DNA from: Lama glama
Taxonomy: Eukaryota
Length of the DNA stretch: 64,000 nt
Assembly (NCBI GenBank): GCA_028534125.1
Contig: CM052832.1
Location: 13,022,001 to 13,086,000 of the forward strand
Direction of reading: 5' to 3'
The position numbers and the translations under genes were made by a program. Positions 58,301 to 64,000 of this stretch are shown here, one piece after another. The notes beneath the pieces were generated by a model, which was not told the DNA's origin, did not search any database, and saw only the letters and a program-made list of their open reading frames with translations. Positions within the stretch are counted from its first letter, which is position 1. The number at the start of each line of letters is the position of its first letter.

Positions 58301-61300
58301 AAGATTAGCACTAAAAATACCACTCAGAAAAAGCACCGGAAAATGGACTTGGTCGATATGGGTGGGAAGAAGTTTGGCTCATTTCCTTTTTCTTTTTTAA
58401 AAAATTTGTCATGTAACTATTTGAACAACAAGTAAGCATTATAAGGAGAAAAAAGAAAAGAATTCATCACCACAAATTTAATTCCCCTACATACACACAC
58501 ACACACCCCTATTCCTCTTATCTGCAAATTCAAACTTTCAAAATACAGTGAAACCCTGACATAGCAAAGTGTGACTGCAGGAGGGAGGAAGTGCTCTCAG
58601 AAGGTTACCTGAAACCTTCACTCAGTGACAACTTGCTCTTATTTTAAAAATAGTTTTTACAGGCAAAAGAAAAAATAAGCAAACAAAATTCTCTATTTGC
58701 TTTATCTGTCCCTGGCAGATTAGAAGCAGCAACTTCGAAACCATGAGAAATGACAAAAGAGGGACAGTGAGAGAGAAGACAGAAGTGGGGATGGGGTGGG
58801 TGCTTACTGGTGGGGCAAACAGCCCTGCTTAAACTAGGCCAGAGAACAGGACTGCTTAGAGCTCGATCAAGATAACTTAGTGCAGTAATCACTGTCCAGG
58901 AAATTGGCTCTGCGTCACCTAATTTAGGTCTCTTCATGACCAGGAGGCCGAGAGGTGCTGCCTAGGTTTTCAAAAGATTGTGGTTTTTTAAAAGTCGACT
59001 GAAAATGGTTTAGGCAGTCTGAGAAGCAGACTCCTCAGGAGCCTGGACAACACATCAGTTGCTGTGGAGAGACGACTTTTCTGAAGGATGGAAGTGGGGC
59101 TTAGGGACTCCAGGGCCATGAAGGAAGAGGTGGCCCCGCCCGGCCCCGCCCATTGCCCTGTGGCCCCGCCCACTGACCCCTGGCCCTTCCCTTGCTGTGT
59201 GGCCCCACCCGCCGATCCAGCCTCGCACCTGCGTATAGTGGCCGCACATCTGGCCCCTGGCGCAGGTGGCAGCGCTGAGGTTGTAGTGCTCGTGTTCGTG
59301 GTGCCACTCCTCCATGGCCAGCGGCACGTCCAGGCCGTCGGTAATGGCGAACAGGTTCTCGCCGCGCCGCCCACGCTCCTTGTTGTGGCCCCACACGCAC
59401 TGCTGCGCGTAGGCCTTGGCGAAGGCGGCCAGCTCCTCATCCCACCTCTGCGGGGAAGGTCGAGGAGGGAGGTGAGGACACCTCTTGCTCAGTGGAGGCA
59501 GGAGAGGAGGGTGAGAGAGGGAGGTGAGGTTGCCCACAATTCTGTGGGGATCACAGAAGAAGGCTGAGGGCATCTGGGGGGGTGTGGAGGCTATGGAGGC
59601 GGAAAACCCTCCCCTCTTTGTGGGGTGACTCTTGGTCATGATCTGGCACAGATCTCTGCGCCTGGTGGAGCTTCTGTGGGGAGGTGGAAGCCACCCCAGG
59701 CCATGGAGTTAGCTAAACTTTGGACCATTCACCAGCTGTGTGATTTTAGGCAGATTGCCTAACCTTTCTGAACTCTCATAGGGCTTTGGAAAGAATAAAT
59801 GAGATGATGTTTGTGACAGTGTGATTATTAATTAATATTAATATCCTTCAACGTGAAGGGTGGGCTGCGATGCTCCTGCCGTGGTTGCCTGAACTGTTCT
59901 GAAGCCCACAAGACGTCCAGTGAGAAGTACCAGAACTGGATTGTTTATTCAGCCATTCCTCTCTCTGCCCACCCACCAGAAATCTGACTTGAGGGGCCAG
60001 CTCTCCCCTTTCAGGCTCCGACTCTCCCCTTGGGATAGCCTAGCCTCCATGGCTTTACCAGCTCCAGGGTTCCCTCCTAAGTGCTCTCTTGTCAGCTGAC
60101 AGCCACCTTCCCCAAGAAAATTAAATGTCTCTGAATAATTTTCACTGAGAGGCCTATTTTCAGAGCCTTGGTGGCCCAAAGAGCTGTCAGGTCCCCAAGG
60201 CAATGTTCTCCAGTGGGGACCTCAGGTAAAGGGTGGGAGGGGGCATTTCAGGTTAGAGGGCCTCTGAGGTTTTGTGTCCCTGGCTGGGAGGACAGGCCAA
60301 GTGTGGGTGGGAAGAGGGATTAACAAGTCATTTGACCAAAGGATTGAGGAGGGAGGCCTGGATCCCATTAAACTTTGTCCTTGGCCTCTCCTGGAAATGG
60401 ATGGCCTGGCGGCAACTCTTGCTCCACCCTCTGTGGGTCCAGCCAGCTGCCGGAGCCAGACAATGCATAAAGCACTGAGAGCTTGGGTGACCTTGAAGGG
60501 AGGGGACTGTGTGGCTGCACCTACTCCCCACTCACACAAGGTTCTTAGGAGCAGCTGCCTGGAGTGGGGATGGGAGCACTGGGCAGGGATAGCCCCACTG
60601 CTGTAACTTCAGGTGAATCCCTTTCCCTCTCTAGGAGTTTTTGACCCAAGTCACTGGTCCCTGAGGTTCTCTCAAACTGGTAGTAGAGGGGGATAGGGTG
60701 TGGGAAAGGGGCAGGTGCTGGGGACCAGACTTAGGGTGTCTGGGATGACCGACCTGCAGGGCTCCAGGCTAGACTGTAAAGCCTGCAGGGTGTCTGGCAC
60801 AGAGCAGGTGCTCAACAGACATTATTAGCTTTTGATGATTGAAACACAGCCCTGCTTAAAGCAGTCTCCCCAACAGGGCCAGGCTGTGATTTCCATTCTG
60901 CCTGGGTGCCTGGAGTCCCACCATTAGAGATTCACTCCTATGGGTCTTAAGACTTCTTAGTCATCCAGAGACCCTTGGGGAGTTTCAGGAGTCACGGCAC
61001 CCACCCACATTGGCCACTTGGTCACCATCTGAAAGCAAGTCCATTCATTCATTCACTCACCCCCTCACACACTCATTTATTCAACAGTCCTGGGGCAACA
61101 GCAAGGACCGAGAAGCCCAAGTTTCGATTGTCATAAACCGTTATTTGGGCCACCATGTGTTAACTGACAGATGTGTGATGGGCAATATAGGGGCACCAAA
61201 GAGGGCTGTTTGGCCCAACCTGAGGGTGGAGAAGGAAACACTAAACTAAATGTTAAAAGATGAGGCATTGGCCAGGTGGAGAGTGGAAGGGCATCCTGAG

Positions 61301-63687
61301 AAGGCAAAACATGAACAGAGGCTTGGAGGTGGGAAAGACAACCTGCTCAGGTTACTGAAGGAGAAAGTTTGCAGGAGAGGAGGCTGGAGAGGTAGGCAGG
61401 GCCAGGCACCCAGAGAGGGGCTTCTCAGGAGCTGGAGCTTTATTCTGAGGTAGGAGGATAAGGGAGCCCGTGGGAGCCAGGGAAGGGGTTTGAGTAGAGT
61501 CAGGCCAGTGTGTTGGATCATTCATTCTGGTTAGTAGAGGCCAGAGGCTGGGGAAGCAGGTAGAGGCTGTTCTAGAAGTTCATGGGAAAAGAAATGAATG
61601 ACTGAACCAAGGTTGTGTCAAGGAGATGGTGGTGGGTGAGGGAAGATAAGATTCAAGAAAAATTGAACCTTGTGGAAGGTAAAAGTGGTGATGAGTAGAT
61701 GTGGAGGCTGAGGTAGAGAGGAGTCCATGATAACCCCCACCTGCCTCACCCTGGATCCCTTCCCTCTTTTGTTACCACTTATTGAGCACTTACTGTGTGC
61801 CAGGCACTGCTCTAAGTGTGTTACATGTAGTCACTCATTTCATCCTACAATCACCCTAAAGAAAGTTGTTATAATGTTATCATCCCCAATTAACAGATGA
61901 GGTAGCTGAGACATAGAGAGTTTAAGTAACTTGGCCAAGGTCACACAGCTAATAAATGACAAAGTCAAGATTTGAACCCAGGCCATCTGGCTGCAGAGTC
62001 TCTGAATTTACCACTGCTGAAGCTGAGCCTGAAGCTTGTGTCAGTTTATCCTGGTGTGCCAGTACAGCCTTGTCTCCACCCCATCCCCACCACTTCCCAC
62101 TAGGCAGCAGCGTAGCCTCTCAGAGTCTGGACTGCTTCGTAGCATGTTGCCCCACTCCTGAGGTCCACCTCTGTCTGCAGAGCCAGCCTCCAGCCTCAGC
62201 AGCAAGACTGTGGGGCATCAGTGATCTACAATGGGGAAACTGAGGCCTACAATGCATTTCAGGCCTCAAACCGGGAGCTGTTGGCAGAGCTGGTACCAGC
62301 GTTGAGGGCTCTTGGTTTGTTGCCTGCAGTTCCTGTTTGCCAAGGCCGACAGGGCTGTGAATAGCAGTGCTGTGTGAAAGTGTAGCCCTTCCTAGATCTT
62401 TGTCATACATCATCCTGTCTGACCCTCAAGGCAGGGATTGCCAGCCAGGTGATAGGAAACAAGAGGGCTTTGAAGGTAAGGGGTTCACCCTGAGTCACTT
62501 CACCAGATTGGACAGAGCTGCTAGAACTCTGGTCCTGGAACCCCCCCAGACTTGCTGCTATGTCCCCCAGGTATGACCTTGGGCACCAGCCAGGGGGTCC
62601 CTGGACACTGCCCATCACCTAAGGGTGTCTGGAGGGGATGGGCTAGTCTAACCCTCAGGGAGGGCAGGAAAGGGGTGAATTTCTCGCTTTATCTCTTTTA
62701 ATCCTGAACATAAACATTCTGCCCCTAACCCTGCCATCAAATAACCCCCTCTCTGATAGAGGTAACCTCTGCCCCAAGTCTGGCTTCTGTCATCTGTAGT
62801 CATGTCAATCTGCATGTGTCCCCCACCAGTATACAATAGTATTTTTTACTATATTTCCTACTGTATATTTGTGTATATATGTATATATTTTTTGAGATTT
62901 CATTTTCCCCCACTCAATATTATGTCTGTGACATTCAGTCCATGTCAATACATATGTAGTTCTAATTATGACCCCATTTTATAGATGAGAAACTGAGGGT
63001 CCTTACTAGGTTAAGAGACTCAACCCACACCACGAGTCTTGTGGGTGGCCGAGAGAGAATCTGATCTATGTGATACGGAGCCCTCTCTCTTTCTGATTCC
63101 TGTTCTCACCTCATCTCCTTAGTACATCCCTCTTACTCTAGGTGCTGGGACCCACCCTGCTGCCTTGTTTTTATTTCTCAACTCCTTGGAAGGCAAAAGA
63201 AAGATCATTTTCACCAAGGTGTTTGGAACTCCCTGTGTTCCCACTCCCAGGGCACATGCATTTCATGCATTTTAGGAAGTGCTGGGAAGGGGTCACTGGA
63301 GTGGGAAGCAGGGCTTCAGGCCTGGCTCTACCAGATGTGTGACCAGCAAGTTCCTCTGAGCCTCAGTTTTCTCCTCCATATAATGAGGCTGCTTATGGAA
63401 GGGAGTGTCTGTGAATTATATAACATCAAGGACTCTTACTGCCTGAGAGATGAGTCTCTGAGATAGCTTCCACCCAGTGGGTGAGCGGGGTTGATGGGGG
63501 CCCTGACCGCACTCACCATCTGCAGCATGTTGGCGGCTGGCGGGGATACCTGGGCTCGGTAGAGGTTGTGCAGCTCCACCATCACATGTTTTTCCTCCTC
63601 ACTGAGGGCTCCGGCAGGGCCTGTGGTGGCCACCAGCAGTAGCAGTGGCGGCAGCAGAAGCACCAGGAGGCTGCGGGAGCTGTGCAT
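55227..63687 (-). CDS. PI16: Peptidase inhibitor 16 (CAP superfamily), spliced, complete: 1386 nt = 461 aa + stop
   Basis: Exons 63517-63687, 59229-59447, 57255-57364, 56882-56970, 55564-56238, 55227-55348 join in frame. Signal peptide, CAP motifs GENLF, GHYTQVVW and [15 protein letters not shown]-rich stalk, hydrophobic C-terminus. Confidence 0.96.
55564..56238 (-). CDS. PI16: PI16 exon 5 (S/T/P-rich stalk)
   Basis: 675-nt open exon [15 protein letters not shown]...LQSSLP; cag/gtaagg boundaries. Confidence 0.93.
56882..56970 (-). CDS. PI16: PI16 exon 4
   Basis: [29 protein letters not shown]; 89 nt. Confidence 0.95.
57255..57364 (-). CDS. PI16: PI16 exon 3
   Basis: [36 protein letters not shown]; 110 nt. 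Confidence 0.95.
59229..59447 (-). CDS. PI16: PI16 exon 2
   Basis: [22 protein letters not shown]...GENLF...CGHYTQ; 219 nt. Confidence 0.95.
61040..61720. mobile_element. L2 fragment
   Basis: cattcattcattcactc...catttattcaaca start followed by a purine-rich L2-like body; bounds approximate. Confidence 0.5.
61775..62015. mobile_element. MIR SINE
   Basis: ttattgagcacttactgtgtgccaggcactg...ttaacagatgaggtagctgag...aaggtcacacagcta...atttgaacccagg; many other MIR fragments occur across the window. Confidence 0.8.
63517..63687 (-). CDS. PI16: PI16 coding exon 1 (signal peptide)
   Basis: [57 protein letters not shown]; 171 nt. Confidence 0.95.
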
Positions 63688-63735
63688 GGTGGCCAGTCCT
63701 CTCCGCTTCTCCCACTCAGGGGTCTGGCAGCTGGA

Positions 63736-63741
63736 TTTAAA
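63736..63741 (-). promoter_or_regulatory. TATA-like element of PI16
   Basis: TTTAAA ~50 bp upstream of the ATG, with a GC box (ggggcggg) at 63771-63778. Confidence 0.4.
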
Positions 63742-64000
63742 CTCCTTCCCACATAAGCACCACCCTGGCTGGGGCGGGTGGGAGGGACTGTGTCTGGAGG
63801 CCTGGCCGGCTCACACAATGTCTCGGGGAGGGCTGGGTGCTTGGGTCCCGACCAGAGCTGAGTCCACTCCCAGCATTTATCTCCCCCTGGAGTCCTTGGC
63901 CAAAGCCTCTTTCCTCTCGGTAACAGGGGATCAGGCCAAGAGCCATGCGAATTCTGCAGTCCCCTCCTCACTTGTGGACAGGTCCTCGAGGGGCAAAATC

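Overview
Mammalian genomic DNA, probably camelid (inferred from a tRNA-Ala-derived SINE and young L1 3' ends; I saw no Alu, BovB, PRE-1 or Can-SINE). It holds three spliced protein-coding genes in the conserved FGD2-MTCH1-PI16 block. FGD2 is on the minus strand with 14 coding exons at 19978->1192 (537 codons; DH-PH-FYVE); the exons for its C-terminal PH domain lie off the left edge. MTCH1 is on the plus strand and complete: 12 exons at 32124-48559, 389 aa long form and 372 aa short form, CpG-island promoter, AATAAA at 49298. PI16 is on the minus strand and complete: 6 coding exons at 63687->55227 (461 aa; signal peptide, CAP domain, S/T/P stalk, hydrophobic GPI-type tail) plus a probable non-coding last exon. 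I rebuilt all exon chains by hand and the reading phases are consistent. The rest is introns and intergenic DNA with old repeats (L1M, L2, MIR, MER, MLT) and a few young insertions; repeat family names come from recalled consensus sequences, not a search. I found no convincing previously undescribed biological system. The best second-look items are two GC-AG introns, a competing +4 frameshifting donor in MTCH1, promoter motifs overlapping the MTCH1 start, an isolated tRNA T-arm/B-box hairpin in PI16 intron 4, and a tail-only retroposition scar.
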